Positions 30,101-39,905 are shown, counted from the first letter of the stretch. The stretch is 57,510 nt of DNA from Bacteroidota bacterium (GCA_947485745.1 CANKQY010000006.1:1-57510), one strand, 5' to 3'. Notes: generated by a model not told the origin, from the letters alone. Program-made: numbers and translations.

Positions 30101-30961
30101 AAGTGAGCCAGATAATAGAAAACCTAATAATACTTTCTCCTCGTTGCCTCTACCTTTATTAATGGTTTTAATAGGACCAGAAACATATCCTTGAAATTGG
30201 TTGTATTGGCTATTGTCTAAATAGCCTGTAAAAGGTGAGGCGCTGGTAAATTCAAAGCCTCTAGAAAAGTTTTTAGTTGGAGCTTTGGTTGTGATACTAA
30301 TGGCACCACCCACAAAGTCGCCATATTGTGCTGGCGTACCTCCTGTGATTACTTGAATTTGATCAATGGCATTGGCAGGAATATTGGTAGCACCAGCTTG
30401 AACGCGAACCCCATCAATATAATAGGCTGTACCATCGGCACGCGCACCTCTAAAGTTAGGAGTTGCACCATTTCTACCTTCAACACCTAAAGATAAACCA
30501 GCAATACTATTCACACTCCTGGTTCCCAGTGCAAGTATTTCCTTATTGGTAACAACGTTTCCTTTAACCCCACCTGGATCAACCAACTGCTTTTTGAAGG
30601 TAACTACATATTCCTTTAAAGTAGTACCATCAGTTGATGGTTCCATGCTAAAGTTTACAAAACGATCCTCCTCTGGCGCAACATTAATTCCTTTAATAAC
30701 AGAATTGCCGTAACCAACAAAAGAAGCATACAGATCATATTCTCCAGGTTGTAAGGTTTTAATTACATAACCTCCCTCATCATCTGTAAGCGCGGTAGCC
30801 TTAGTTACACCATTTAATTTAATGGTAATACTCACATAATCCATGGCTTTCTTGGTTTTGGCATCTTTAATTGTACCACGTATGGTACCCATGCCCGATT
30901 GAGCGTGTAGCACAAATTGAAAGCCAAAAAGAACAGCTAATAGTATGTATATTTTCTTCAT
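27176..30961 (-). CDS. TonB-dependent receptor with N-terminal carboxypeptidase-regulatory-like domain (not SusC type)
   Basis: GTIRGTIKD..T; plug motifs FRGAR....YYIDGV and IQVITGG.PAQYG...GG.I.ITTK; QDKF, G.R.ERFD; terminal Phe in PPRIVRLGMALYF. Confidence 0.9.
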   Translation of the reverse strand: MKKIYILLAVLFGFQFVLHAQSGMGTIRGTIKDAKTKKAMDYVSITIKLNGVTKATALTDDEGGYVIKTLQPGEYDLYASFVGYGNSVIKGINVAPEEDRFVNFSMEPSTDGTTLKEYVVTFKKQLVDPGGVKGNVVTNKEILALGTRSVNSIAGLSLGVEGRNGATPNFRGARADGTAYYIDGVRVQAGATNIPANAIDQIQVITGGTPAQYGDFVGGAISITTKAPTKNFSRGFEFTSASPFTGYLDNSQYNQFQGYVSGPIKTINKGRGNEEKVLLGFLLSGSLTYGKSISVIDLYKVNDDKLKEIKEKPLVPGALGTLFPAAEYITANDLQKINVRQNVYSTNVDINGNFNFQPTNNINVRMGYYGNYNQGRGNNTFHSLLGPEKNGFSRGYTARTYFQFTQTFKSDKKDEEANKKASNISNAYYTVRLSYERGFGESMDADFQRDFFDYGYIGKFTTYTAPVYSRVIKGFNQAQDTFYIGGDKNNPLYLNDYYRHVGYRDTLYTYDQADNANQTRGNYTKAVYDYFGSNALRNPGAVRQVGGLINGDAPNGIYSNMWGNVGQQQAGYSKSLSETFNLYVQSEFSVAPKSNPKAKHEFQVGLNLEQQFRRNYGLGATGLWSLMRLNVNRQFSGLDSGNYELKFDENGVFSDTVNFKRKIVINDQTNFDKNLRDKLMAQGAVDAYGKPIDQYSFLDVNSYKPTDYSLDMFNAGELLNNGSSFVSYSGYNHLGKVQRKRSTIDDFLNDPTKRALPAYQPTYFAAWVQDKFVFKDLIVRVGVRLERFDANQPVLKDPYSVVPVYTVGEVRAGTMGIDPSNIPTTIGDKFIPYIDKDANQQTAGLSGSKIYGYRDGTKWYDKNGNPITDPSQIKSEAKTNRNTPILVDPKNPNLPTSASFTDYKPDLKLLPRIWFSFPISTTSQFFGTYDILAQRPNANVGQIDDYFFLQNRQGSAIANPDLKMQTKTDYEIGFRQQIGQDAALAIIASYSEIRNMTQLYQYVQSWPNDYTTYGNLDFSTVKSIGLEYTVRDLGNVTITANYQLMFADGTGSNPNTSAALISVGLPSLRTLTPMDFDTRHTLKTIFDYHYKEGKDYNGPIVNGKKIFENAGFNLAFTAYSGRPYTQDLNPTPGGVQSGVVVRSPIKGTPNGANLPAQFNLDLNVDKNFIFKKKKIDGSTTMYRLRAFIMVQNLLNTANVTSVYRYTGSAYNDGFLASPASQEQKEVATNQQSYIDLYNLRMINPDRFAPPRIVRLGMALYF

Positions 30962-31057
30962 TTACGCAGAATTAACAATTTTATAACAATATTTAAGAGC
31001 GGTAAATTAAGTAAGTAAATTTGAAATTAACAATATGTATTTACCAAATAACCTCAA

Positions 31058-32029
31058 TTATTCACCTTTTTCAATAAAAGTCAGCACTTTATCTAACAAA
31101 ATTCTAGAAATTTTAAAATAACTTTCTTTTGTCCATCCACCAATATGAGGGGTTAAAAGCACATTTTCTCCGCTTACCAAATAGGCAAATACCTCTTTTT
31201 CCTCCTCATTTAGGCTCTCCAAATCTTCATTTTCTAAAACATCCAATGCACATCCAAGCACTTTTTTTCTTTGCAATCCTGCCATTAAATGAATTGTTTT
31301 AACCACCTTTCCCCTACTTAAATTAAGCAAATAAAATGGCTTCTTAAAACGCTCAATTTTGGTTTGCTCCAAATAGTAAATGGTTTCTTTGGTAAGTGGC
31401 ACATGAAACGACAAAATATCTGCCTCTTCATATATTTCTTCCCAAGTACTTTCTTTTACAAAATCATTCCCAAAATTCTTCAAATAAGGATCATGTGCCA
31501 AAACTTTAACACCTAGTCCTGAGAGTTTTTTAGCAAAAGCACTACCAGTATTTCCAAAGCCAATAATGGCCACAGTTTTACCCGCAAGCTCTGTGCCTCT
31601 ATTCTCCTCTCTTAACCAAACCTTATTTTTAACCTGGTTGTTTGCCCTACCTAAAAAATTAAGCATCATGAGCAATAACCCTAGCGCATGCTCCCCTACT
31701 GCATCTGCATTGGCCTCACCTGCATTGATGCATTTTATCCCCTTCGTTTGAGCATAATCTAAATCTATGTTGTCTAAACCTGCTCCTGCTCTAGCAATTA
31801 ATTTTAGGTTCGAACCAACATTAATTAATGCGGCATCTACTTGAGTTTTGGCTCTTATAACAAGAATATCCTGTTCTGGCAAATGCGCTAATATATCGGC
31901 CCTAGTTGCGTTTGGTAAATAAAGAACGTGGTGTCCAACTTCACTCAACTCTTGTGGCAACAATTCATGAACATCGTCTACAATTAAGATATTCAAGCCC
32001 CTAACTGCGCTGCTTAAGTTGTCGTTCAT
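31058..32029 (-). CDS. D-isomer-specific 2-hydroxyacid dehydrogenase (SerA-like, no ACT domain)
   Basis: RAGAGLDNID, IIGFGNTG, HVPLT, N.SRG, LDV.E.E, TPHIGG. Confidence 0.92.
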   Translation of the reverse strand: MNDNLSSAVRGLNILIVDDVHELLPQELSEVGHHVLYLPNATRADILAHLPEQDILVIRAKTQVDAALINVGSNLKLIARAGAGLDNIDLDYAQTKGIKCINAGEANADAVGEHALGLLLMMLNFLGRANNQVKNKVWLREENRGTELAGKTVAIIGFGNTGSAFAKKLSGLGVKVLAHDPYLKNFGNDFVKESTWEEIYEEADILSFHVPLTKETIYYLEQTKIERFKKPFYLLNLSRGKVVKTIHLMAGLQRKKVLGCALDVLENEDLESLNEEEKEVFAYLVSGENVLLTPHIGGWTKESYFKISRILLDKVLTFIEKGE

Positions 32030-32068
32030 TTTAATAGTAATATTTTTTTTACAAAAGGTTGCACCACT

Positions 32069-33430
32069 TTATAAAGTTGTATATAACATTCTCCCCACCG
32101 AGAAATAAATAACTATTCCAAGAAGGTCGTTGCTGGTTGTTATAAACGGACCAGTAGCTATGGCAGGGTCTATTTTTATTTGGTTCAAAAACATAGGTAT
32201 AAAGGTGCCAAATATGGATGCAAAAATTATAACCGTTATCAACGCAATACTAACTGTAATAGCTAATTCATAGGAATGGTAAAAGGCCAAATTATAGGCC
32301 AATATTAAGCTAGAACAAATAATTCCGTTGATCAATGCCACCCGTATTTCTTTTAAAATTTTCTGTCCAATATTTTTTGTACCCAAAGTATCATTTGCCA
32401 AACCTTGCACCACAATTGCCGAAGATTGCACCCCAACATTGCCGCCCATTGCCGCTATCAAAGGAATAAAAAAAGCCATCTCCGGATGTATCATAATTTG
32501 ATTTTCATATACACCCAAAATTCTTGAGCTTGCTATCCCGCCTAATAAGCCAATCAACAACCAAGGCAAACGCGCCCTTGACAATACCCATACTTTATCT
32601 GTGGCGTCCACATCCGCAGTAATACCACTCATTAATTGATAGTCTTCGTCGGCCTCTTCTTTAATTAAATCTACCACATCATCCACTGTAATTCTTCCAA
32701 CCAAACGCCCCAATGGATCAACCACCGGTAGCACCACCAAATCATACTTTTTAGTGGTATTGGCCACCTCAATTATTTTGGTAGAGGTAGATACAGAAAT
32801 AACTGTTTTATTATATACATCGGCTAAATGCGCTTTTGGTTCGGCCAGAATTAAATTTTTTAAAGTTATGATCCCAACCAAACGCTCCATTTCATCTATT
32901 ACATAAACCACATAAATGCTATCAACATTCTCGGCTTGCGTTCTAATTTCTTCAATGCACTGTTTAACCGTCCAATTTAAATTAGCCTTCACCAATTCTA
33001 CAGCCATTAAGCTTCCTGCTGTTTCTTCTTCATAGCTAATTAGGCTCAACAAGCTACTGGCATACTCAATATCTTGTAACTGCCCAATTACTTCTTCCTT
33101 AACCGAATTAGGAAAATGATTCAGCACATAAGCCGCATCATCACTGTCCATGTTTTCTAAAAACTCATTGGCAATTTCGAAGGGACTATAAGTTGATAAA
33201 AATGATTCACGCGTTTGATCATCCATTTCCACCAAAACCTTTACAATGGTAATTTTATCCAAAGTATTCATCACAATCCTTGCTTCGTCATTTTCTAAAC
33301 GATCAATAACCATTGCAATATCCTGTGGATACATATTTTCTAATTGCGCACGCAAATTTTCAGTTTCATTCTGGCTGAACCAATTTCGAAACTGTTTTAT
33401 TAAGGCATTGTCAACTTGTAGCTTTTCCAT
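32069..33430 (-). CDS. mgtE: Magnesium transporter MgtE
   Basis: MgtE_N, CBS pair, RARLPWL, AMGGNVGVQS, DPAIATGPFITT.ND. Confidence 0.97.
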   Translation of the reverse strand: MEKLQVDNALIKQFRNWFSQNETENLRAQLENMYPQDIAMVIDRLENDEARIVMNTLDKITIVKVLVEMDDQTRESFLSTYSPFEIANEFLENMDSDDAAYVLNHFPNSVKEEVIGQLQDIEYASSLLSLISYEEETAGSLMAVELVKANLNWTVKQCIEEIRTQAENVDSIYVVYVIDEMERLVGIITLKNLILAEPKAHLADVYNKTVISVSTSTKIIEVANTTKKYDLVVLPVVDPLGRLVGRITVDDVVDLIKEEADEDYQLMSGITADVDATDKVWVLSRARLPWLLIGLLGGIASSRILGVYENQIMIHPEMAFFIPLIAAMGGNVGVQSSAIVVQGLANDTLGTKNIGQKILKEIRVALINGIICSSLILAYNLAFYHSYELAITVSIALITVIIFASIFGTFIPMFLNQIKIDPAIATGPFITTSNDLLGIVIYFSVGRMLYTTL

Positions 33431-34206
33431 TATTTTTTACTAGCTATTAAATTAGTGAGTTCAATAAATTTGGCTATACTTAATTCTTCCGCACGTTTGC
33501 TGGCAAATTCTCCTAACTCCTCATCGTTCAGGCCAAAAGTTGATAGGGCATTGCGCAGTTTCTTTCTTCTTTGATTGAATGCTGTTTTCACAACCGTTCT
33601 CAACATTTTTTCATCACAACCTAATTCGCCTTCTTTTCTGGTTAACCTAATTACCCCCGATTTAACTTTTGGCGGAGGGGTAAATACATGCTCATGCACG
33701 GTAAACAAATATTCAACATGATAAAATGCTTGGGTTATAACCGACATAATTCCATATTCCTTACCACCATGCGTGGCGCCAATTCTTTCGGCTACTTCCT
33801 TTTGAAACATGCCCACCATAAAAGGTATCACACTTCGGTGTTCCAAAATATGAAATACAATTTGAGAAGAAATATTATAAGGAAAATTTCCAATAATGGC
33901 TATAGATTCTGGGTACCTTTGGGTAAAATCAATGGCCAAAAAGTCTTCATTCAACAAGCGCTGACTCAATTGTGGGTAGGTAGCCATCAAATAAGTAACC
34001 GATTCGGAATCTACCTCAGTGGCCCAAGTTACCAGACCTTTTTCTGCCAATAAAAATTGGGTAAGCACGCCCATACCCGGCCCCACTTCCAATACTTGTC
34101 CGCTAGGATACACATCTACCAAGGCCTGCACAATATTGCCAGCTATGTTTTGGTCGTTTAAAAAATGTTGTCCTAGGTGCTTCTTGGCCCTTACGGTTTG
34201 TGTCAT
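33430..34206 (-). CDS. rsmA: 16S rRNA adenine dimethyltransferase
   Basis: KKHLGQHFL, LEVGPGMG, GNFPYNISS, MFQKEVAER, F.PPPKV.S. Confidence 0.98.
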   Translation of the reverse strand: MTQTVRAKKHLGQHFLNDQNIAGNIVQALVDVYPSGQVLEVGPGMGVLTQFLLAEKGLVTWATEVDSESVTYLMATYPQLSQRLLNEDFLAIDFTQRYPESIAIIGNFPYNISSQIVFHILEHRSVIPFMVGMFQKEVAERIGATHGGKEYGIMSVITQAFYHVEYLFTVHEHVFTPPPKVKSGVIRLTRKEGELGCDEKMLRTVVKTAFNQRRKKLRNALSTFGLNDEELGEFASKRAEELSIAKFIELTNLIASKK

Positions 34207-34364
34207 ACTTGCAAATAGAATGTATTTGGTGGAGAAATGAAAAAAAACAATCCTGAGATTTTCTTTTTTATAAAATAACAGGCCTTATTTTGGCAACATC
34301 AAATACAGCAAATTAGGAAATAATTATTAAAAATTACCTCATTATTAGCCTTTTTCATCATTTC

Positions 34365-34412
34365 TTAATTCTGAATTCTTTCCTATTGTTCGGAATAAGA
34401 ATTCAGAATTAA
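34365..34412. repeat. 16-bp perfect inverted repeat built from AATTCTG units
   Basis: TTAATTCTGAATTCTT ... AAGAATTCAGAATTAA. Confidence 0.8.
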
Positions 34413-34471
34413 TACCTTAATATTGCCAACAAGAATTTATACAACCCTAAATTCATTACCAATATACATAC

Positions 34472-35911
34472 ATGAGCATTCAAATAATTTCGCAAGGCAA
34501 GGCTAGCAAAGACCAATCGCAACTTTTTTTAATTAGCAAAAAAGATAAACTAGTCAGTTTTGGCTTTTCAAAAGAGGAACAAACCTATATGCAGAAAAAG
34601 CAAAAAGCAGGCGACTCCTATGTTTTATTAAATAGGTTCAGCCAGTTGGTTTTTGTGCAGTTTACCGAAGATTGGGAAAAGAAAAAAACCGCAGAGCAAT
34701 TAGAAAATTACCGCAATTTGGGTAATAAAATTTGTTCGGCTTTGAATGCCCATCAATACCAAGATGTGTTTTTAGATGCCACTCAAAATACAACTGAAGT
34801 GCTAGCTGTTGCTGAAGGGTTAGCTTTGAGTAACTACCAGTTTTTGAAATACAAATCGGATCAGAAAAAAGCACATACCTTACAAAAAATTGCCGTTGCC
34901 ATTGATGCAAAAGCTAAAAAACAATTAAGCGATTTGCAAACATTAGTAAATGCAGTTTATAAAGCCAGAACATGGGTAAATGAACCACAATCTTATTTAG
35001 ATGCAGTGGTTTTTGCTAAAGAAATGAAAGCATTTGCCACAAGTGCTGGTGTTAGTTGTGAGGTTTTAAATAAGAAACAAATTGAAGCCCTAAAAATGGG
35101 TGGTTTGTTAGCTGTAAATAAAGGAAGCATTACGCCTCCAACATTTACCATACTAGAATACAAACCTAAAAATGCTAAGAACAAAAAGCCATTGGTTTTG
35201 GTAGGCAAAGGTGTTGTTTATGATACTGGCGGTTTGAGTCTAAAGCCTACGCCAAACTCAATGGATACCATGAAATGTGACATGGGTGGTGGCGCCGCGG
35301 TGGCAAGTGCCATTGTTGCCATTGCACAAGCACAATTGCCTTATCATGTGATAGCATTAATTCCTGCAACCGATAACAGACCAGGCGGAAATGCCTATAC
35401 ACCCGGTGATGTAGTTACCATGTTCGACGGCCAAACAGTAGAGGTATTGAACACAGATGCAGAAGGCAGAATGCTGTTAGGTGATGCTTTGGCTTATGCC
35501 AAAAAATATTCACCTTCATTGGTATTAGACTTTGCAACCCTTACAGGTGCAGCCGCTGCGGCCATTGGTTCTTTTGGAACGGTTTGCATGGGTACGGCAG
35601 ATGAATCAACTAAAGCTGCTTTAAAAGAGGCTGGCAATACCGTGCACGAACGTTTGGTTGAATTTCCTTTTTGGGATGATTATGCCAAACTCATCAACAG
35701 CGATTTGGCCGACATGAAAAATATTGGTGGTCCGGTTGGAGGTGCCATTACCGCTGGTAAGTTCCTAGAAAAATTTACCGATTACCCTTGGATGCATTTT
35801 GATATTGCTGGTCCGGCCTACTTAAATTCCGCCGATAGCTACAGAGGCAAACACGGCACAGGCGTTGGCGTTAGGTTGATTGTTGAATTTGTAAAACAAT
35901 TGAGCAAATAA
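34472..35911 (+). CDS. pepA: M17 leucyl aminopeptidase
   Basis: LVGKGVVYDTGG, MKCDMGG, NTDAEGR, ATLTGA, HFDIAG. Confidence 0.96.
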   Translation: MSIQIISQGKASKDQSQLFLISKKDKLVSFGFSKEEQTYMQKKQKAGDSYVLLNRFSQLVFVQFTEDWEKKKTAEQLENYRNLGNKICSALNAHQYQDVFLDATQNTTEVLAVAEGLALSNYQFLKYKSDQKKAHTLQKIAVAIDAKAKKQLSDLQTLVNAVYKARTWVNEPQSYLDAVVFAKEMKAFATSAGVSCEVLNKKQIEALKMGGLLAVNKGSITPPTFTILEYKPKNAKNKKPLVLVGKGVVYDTGGLSLKPTPNSMDTMKCDMGGGAAVASAIVAIAQAQLPYHVIALIPATDNRPGGNAYTPGDVVTMFDGQTVEVLNTDAEGRMLLGDALAYAKKYSPSLVLDFATLTGAAAAAIGSFGTVCMGTADESTKAALKEAGNTVHERLVEFPFWDDYAKLINSDLADMKNIGGPVGGAITAGKFLEKFTDYPWMHFDIAGPAYLNSADSYRGKHGTGVGVRLIVEFVKQLSK

Positions 35912-35936
35912 ATTGCTTTAAAATAATAAAACTCAC

Positions 35937-37004
35937 ATGAGCAAACTTCCTATAATAGGCATTACAATGGGCGATATGAACAGCATTGCCACTGAGGTAA
36001 TCATAAAAGCATTGGCCGACAGCAGAATCAATGAGTATTGCGTTCCCGTTGTTTATGGCTCCCCAAAAGTAATCTCCTATTGGAAAAAAGTGATTGGGAT
36101 GCCCGATTTCCAGTTAAATATCATCAAATCTTTGGATCAAATAAACCACAAACGCTCCAATATTTTGGTTTGCTGGGAAGAAGATGTGGAGATAAAACCA
36201 GGAGAAGCAACAGAACTGGCAGGTAAGTACGCTTTTAAATCTTTGGAAGCTGCCACAAAGGATGCAGTTGCTGGTAAAATTGATGCAATAGTTACTGCAC
36301 CTTTAAATAAGAATACTGTAAACACAGCGGCATTGCCATTTGTAGGGCATACCGAATACCTTGCCCAGCAAGCAGGATCAAGTCACTTAATGGTTTTAAG
36401 CTCAGATGATTTGAAAGTGGCATTGGTAACAGGTCATATCCCAGTAAAAGACGTGGCAGCAGCATTGAGCATTGAAGGAATTCAGAAAAAAATAAAATTA
36501 TTAAACGAAAGCCTCAAAAAGGATTTTGGGATTGTAAAGCCCAGAATTGCTGTGCTTTCTTTGAATCCACATGCGGGAGACAACGGACTTTTGGGTTCGG
36601 AAGAAAAAGACATCATTATTCCAGCGGTAGAAAAAGCCAAAAATGAAAACCAAATTTTGGCCTTCGGACCATACCCAGCTGATGGCTTTTTTGGTTCAGA
36701 CCAATACAAAAAATTTGATGGCATTTTGGCCATGTACCACGATCAAGGCTTGGTGCCCTTTAAATACAGCTCCTTTGATTCTGGCGTAAACTTTACAGCT
36801 GGGCTGCCTTTTGTAAGAACCTCACCCGACCATGGAACGGCTTATGCCATAGTAGGTAAAAACGTTGCCAGCGAACAATCTATGCGCAATGCCATATTTT
36901 TGGCAATCGACATTTGGGAACAACGCAACCATTTTGCCGAAATGACCCAAAACCCACTTCCAATGAATATGGGAAAAAGGGAAAGGTTCAGGATAGATTT
37001 CTAA
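35937..37004 (+). CDS. pdxA: 4-hydroxythreonine-4-phosphate dehydrogenase
   Basis: ITMGD, TAPLNK, GHTEYL, LNPHAGD, MYHDQG, RTSPDHGT. Confidence 0.96.
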   Translation: MSKLPIIGITMGDMNSIATEVIIKALADSRINEYCVPVVYGSPKVISYWKKVIGMPDFQLNIIKSLDQINHKRSNILVCWEEDVEIKPGEATELAGKYAFKSLEAATKDAVAGKIDAIVTAPLNKNTVNTAALPFVGHTEYLAQQAGSSHLMVLSSDDLKVALVTGHIPVKDVAAALSIEGIQKKIKLLNESLKKDFGIVKPRIAVLSLNPHAGDNGLLGSEEKDIIIPAVEKAKNENQILAFGPYPADGFFGSDQYKKFDGILAMYHDQGLVPFKYSSFDSGVNFTAGLPFVRTSPDHGTAYAIVGKNVASEQSMRNAIFLAIDIWEQRNHFAEMTQNPLPMNMGKRERFRIDF

Positions 37005-37090
37005 AAAATAACTATTTCTAGGTAAATTAAGGCATTTGGAGGTGCAATTCTTAATTTAGTACATTGATTTTCAAGTAATTTTCAAAAAAG

Positions 37091-37122
37091 ATTGAGATTT
37101 TTATCTTCAATCATTATCTTTG
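37091..37122 (+). promoter_or_regulatory. Sigma-A promoter of the yceD-rpmF-plsX-fabH operon
   Basis: ATTG (37091-37094), 20-bp spacer, TATCTTTG (37115-37122). Confidence 0.65.
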
Positions 37123-37134
37123 CGAGCTATAATA

Positions 37135-37704
37135 ATGGGAACGAGGTCAAAAGAATATCTGATTGAGTTCAATAAGCTTAAAATGGGGCTTAATGAATTC
37201 AATTTTACATTAAACGATCAATTTCTTGCTGGCTTCGACTATTCGCCAGTAGAACATTGTGAGGTGGATGTTGATTTAAAATTGATAAAAACAGAGAATA
37301 TCTATGATCTGAGTTTTGATTTTAAAGGAATTTCAAGGGTAGCTTGCGACACTTGTGCGGAGGACATTGACATGCCAATTAAACAAAAATTTGGTTTGGT
37401 AATGAAACTCAGTGAAGCAAATAATTTTGATGATACCGAGATTATTTACATTGCACGCACCGAAATTGAGTTCGACCTAAAGCAGTATTTGTATGAGAGC
37501 CTTTTATTGGCGCTTCCGCAAAAAAAGACGTGCGATGGGCTGTCTGAACCAAAACCTTGTAATGAAGAAGTTTTGAGCAGGCTGGTACATGTAGAAAATA
37601 TTGAAGATGACGAGGATATTGAAAACGATGAAAATGAGGATGAGAATGGTGAAAATGGAAGCGATGATCCTCGTTGGAATAAATTAAAAGATTTACTAAA
37701 CTAA
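37135..37704 (+). CDS. YceD/DUF177 family protein (start moved to ATG 37135)
   Basis: CDTC, YLYE..LLALP, DPRW..LK; sits upstream of rpmF. Confidence 0.92.
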   Translation: MGTRSKEYLIEFNKLKMGLNEFNFTLNDQFLAGFDYSPVEHCEVDVDLKLIKTENIYDLSFDFKGISRVACDTCAEDIDMPIKQKFGLVMKLSEANNFDDTEIIYIARTEIEFDLKQYLYESLLLALPQKKTCDGLSEPKPCNEEVLSRLVHVENIEDDEDIENDENEDENGENGSDDPRWNKLKDLLN

Positions 37705-37725
37705 AAAAATAAGGAGATATATAAA

Positions 37726-37911
37726 ATGCCTAATCCAAAACGTAAGATTTCTAATTCTAGACGCGATAAGCGCAGAACACATTACAAAGGAGCTAATCCA
37801 ACAATTTCTGTAGATGCAACTTCAGGAGAAACTCATTTGCGCCACCGCGTAACCCCAAATGGTTACTACAAAGGCAAATTGGCCTTTCCTGATATGCAGA
37901 AAGATATTTAA
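37726..37911 (+). CDS. rpmF: 50S ribosomal protein L32 (cysteine-free form)
   Basis: [18 protein letters not shown]...GYYKG. Confidence 0.97.
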   Translation: MPNPKRKISNSRRDKRRTHYKGANPTISVDATSGETHLRHRVTPNGYYKGKLAFPDMQKDI

Positions 37912-37938
37912 TTCTTTTTCCTCCCTAACTCCAACAAT

Positions 37939-38898
37939 ATGAAAATTGGTTTTGATATCATGGGGGGCGATTTTGCTCCCAAGGAAGCTATTGCCGGAGC
38001 TGTAATTGCTAAAAAGGAATTTGGGGAAAGCGTTACTATCGTATTAATTGGTGATAAGGAATTAGCCATTCAGCATTTGGAGAACGAGGGAGCTAATTTA
38101 GCCGATTTTGAAATAGTTCATACTACAGAAATCATTGGTATGAGTGAACATCCAACTAAGGCAATTTCCCAAAAGAAAGATTCGAGTATTTCGGTTGGTT
38201 TTGGTTTGCTAGCAAGAAAAAAAATTGATGCTTTTGTAGGTGCAGGAAATACGGGTGCCATGCTAGTAGGCGCTATGTTCTCAGTAAAACCTATTGAAGG
38301 AGTAATTAGACCCTGCGTAACCGCTCTTGTGCCAAAGGCCAAAGGGGGTGTTGGTTTGATCCTAGATGTTGGCGCAAATGCAGATTGTAAGCCAGATGTG
38401 CTTTATCAATTTGGCATACTTGGATCACTTTTATTGCAACATGTATACAAAAAAGCTGATCCAAAAGTAGGCTTACTGAGCATTGGTGAAGAAAAAGAAA
38501 AAGGTAATTTAGTAACCATTTCTGCCCATCAAATTATGGAAGATACCAACCAATTTCATTTCATAGGAAATGTTGAAGGCAGGGATATTATCTCCGATAA
38601 AGTGGATGTAGTTGTATGCGATGGCTTCACAGGAAATATAGTATTAAAGGCATTGGAATCAATGTACTTTGTGCTCAGAAAACGTGGAATCACCGACGAT
38701 TACTTAGAAAGTTTTAATTATGAAAATTTTGGAGGCACTCCCATCCTTGGTGTTAATGCTCCAGTGATAATTGGACATGGAATCTCAAATGCCAAAGCCT
38801 TCAAGAACATGTTGTTATCTGCCCGTGATGTGGTTGATTCTAAATTAATAGAAATCATACACGATGCATTTCAAAACCTTGTTCCTCCCTCACAATAA
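37939..38898 (+). CDS. plsX: Phosphate acyltransferase PlsX
   Basis: [37 protein letters not shown]. Confidence 0.97.
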   Translation: MKIGFDIMGGDFAPKEAIAGAVIAKKEFGESVTIVLIGDKELAIQHLENEGANLADFEIVHTTEIIGMSEHPTKAISQKKDSSISVGFGLLARKKIDAFVGAGNTGAMLVGAMFSVKPIEGVIRPCVTALVPKAKGGVGLILDVGANADCKPDVLYQFGILGSLLLQHVYKKADPKVGLLSIGEEKEKGNLVTISAHQIMEDTNQFHFIGNVEGRDIISDKVDVVVCDGFTGNIVLKALESMYFVLRKRGITDDYLESFNYENFGGTPILGVNAPVIIGHGISNAKAFKNMLLSARDVVDSKLIEIIHDAFQNLVPPSQ

Positions 38899-39905
38899 TG
38901 ACAAAAATTACCGCAGCTATTACAGCAATCCATGGCTATGTGCCAAAAGATTTGTTGACCAATAAGGACCTAGAATTATTGGTAGATACCACAGATGAGT
39001 GGATAACTAGCAGAACTGGAATCAAAGAACGACATATCCTAAAAGGCGAAGGTCTGGGAACATCAGATATGGCCGTAGAAGCGGTAAATGGCTTATTGAA
39101 AAAACGTGGCATTTCTGCCGAGGAAATTGACTTAATTATTTTTGCTACTATTACCCCAGATATGGTATTCCCATCATCTGCGTGCATCTTAGCAGATAAA
39201 ATTGGTGCTAAAAATGCCTTTGCTTATGATTTAATGGCAGCTTGTTCTGGCTTTTTGTTTTCACTAGAAACAGCTTCAAGCTTTATAGAATCTGGCAAAT
39301 ACAAAAAAGTACTCGTGGTGGGTGGCGATAAAATGTCGGCTATCATTGATTACACAGATAGAAATACTTGCATTATATTTGGAGATGGTTGTGGAGCAGT
39401 TTTGCTTGAACCAAACGAAGAAGGATTAGGAATCATTGACGCAGTATTGAAATCGGATGGTTCTGGCCGTCATTTCTTGCATCAAAAAGCGGGAGGATCA
39501 GTAAAACCACCTACTCATGCAACTATTGATGCCAGAGAGCATTTTGTTTACCAAGATGGTAAATCGGTTTTCAAGTTTGCCGTAACCAATATGGCCGATG
39601 TTTCGGCTCAAATAATGGAACGCAATAATTTAACTGCCGACGATATTGACTGGCTAGTGCCACACCAAGCCAATCTGAGAATAATTGATGCAACAGCCGA
39701 AAGAATGGGCTTGAGCAAGGAAAAAGTAATGATAAATATAGATCATTATGGAAATACCACCAATGGAACATTGCCCCTCTGTTTGTGGGAATGGGAAAGC
39801 AGGTTAAAAAAAGGTGATAATTTAGTATTAGCAGCCTTTGGTGGCGGATTTACTTGGGGTGCCATTTACCTTAAATGGGCTTATGATGGCTCTGAGGTAA
39901 AGTAA
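38898..39905 (+). CDS. fabH: Beta-ketoacyl-ACP synthase III
   Basis: [26 protein letters not shown]. Confidence 0.98.
   Translation: MTKITAAITAIHGYVPKDLLTNKDLELLVDTTDEWITSRTGIKERHILKGEGLGTSDMAVEAVNGLLKKRGISAEEIDLIIFATITPDMVFPSSACILADKIGAKNAFAYDLMAACSGFLFSLETASSFIESGKYKKVLVVGGDKMSAIIDYTDRNTCIIFGDGCGAVLLEPNEEGLGIIDAVLKSDGSGRHFLHQKAGGSVKPPTHATIDAREHFVYQDGKSVFKFAVTNMADVSAQIMERNNLTADDIDWLVPHQANLRIIDATAERMGLSKEKVMINIDHYGNTTNGTLPLCLWEWESRLKKGDNLVLAAFGGGFTWGAIYLKWAYDGSEVK

Noticed and set aside
27176-30961. SusC of a polysaccharide utilisation locus
   Set aside because: It lacks the SusC-type LKDA.A.AIYG.R plug signature, and no SusD or CAZyme genes are adjacent
37600-37670. GA(T/A)-rich stretch in yceD as a DNA repeat element
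   Set aside because: It encodes an in-frame acidic linker before the conserved DPRW motif
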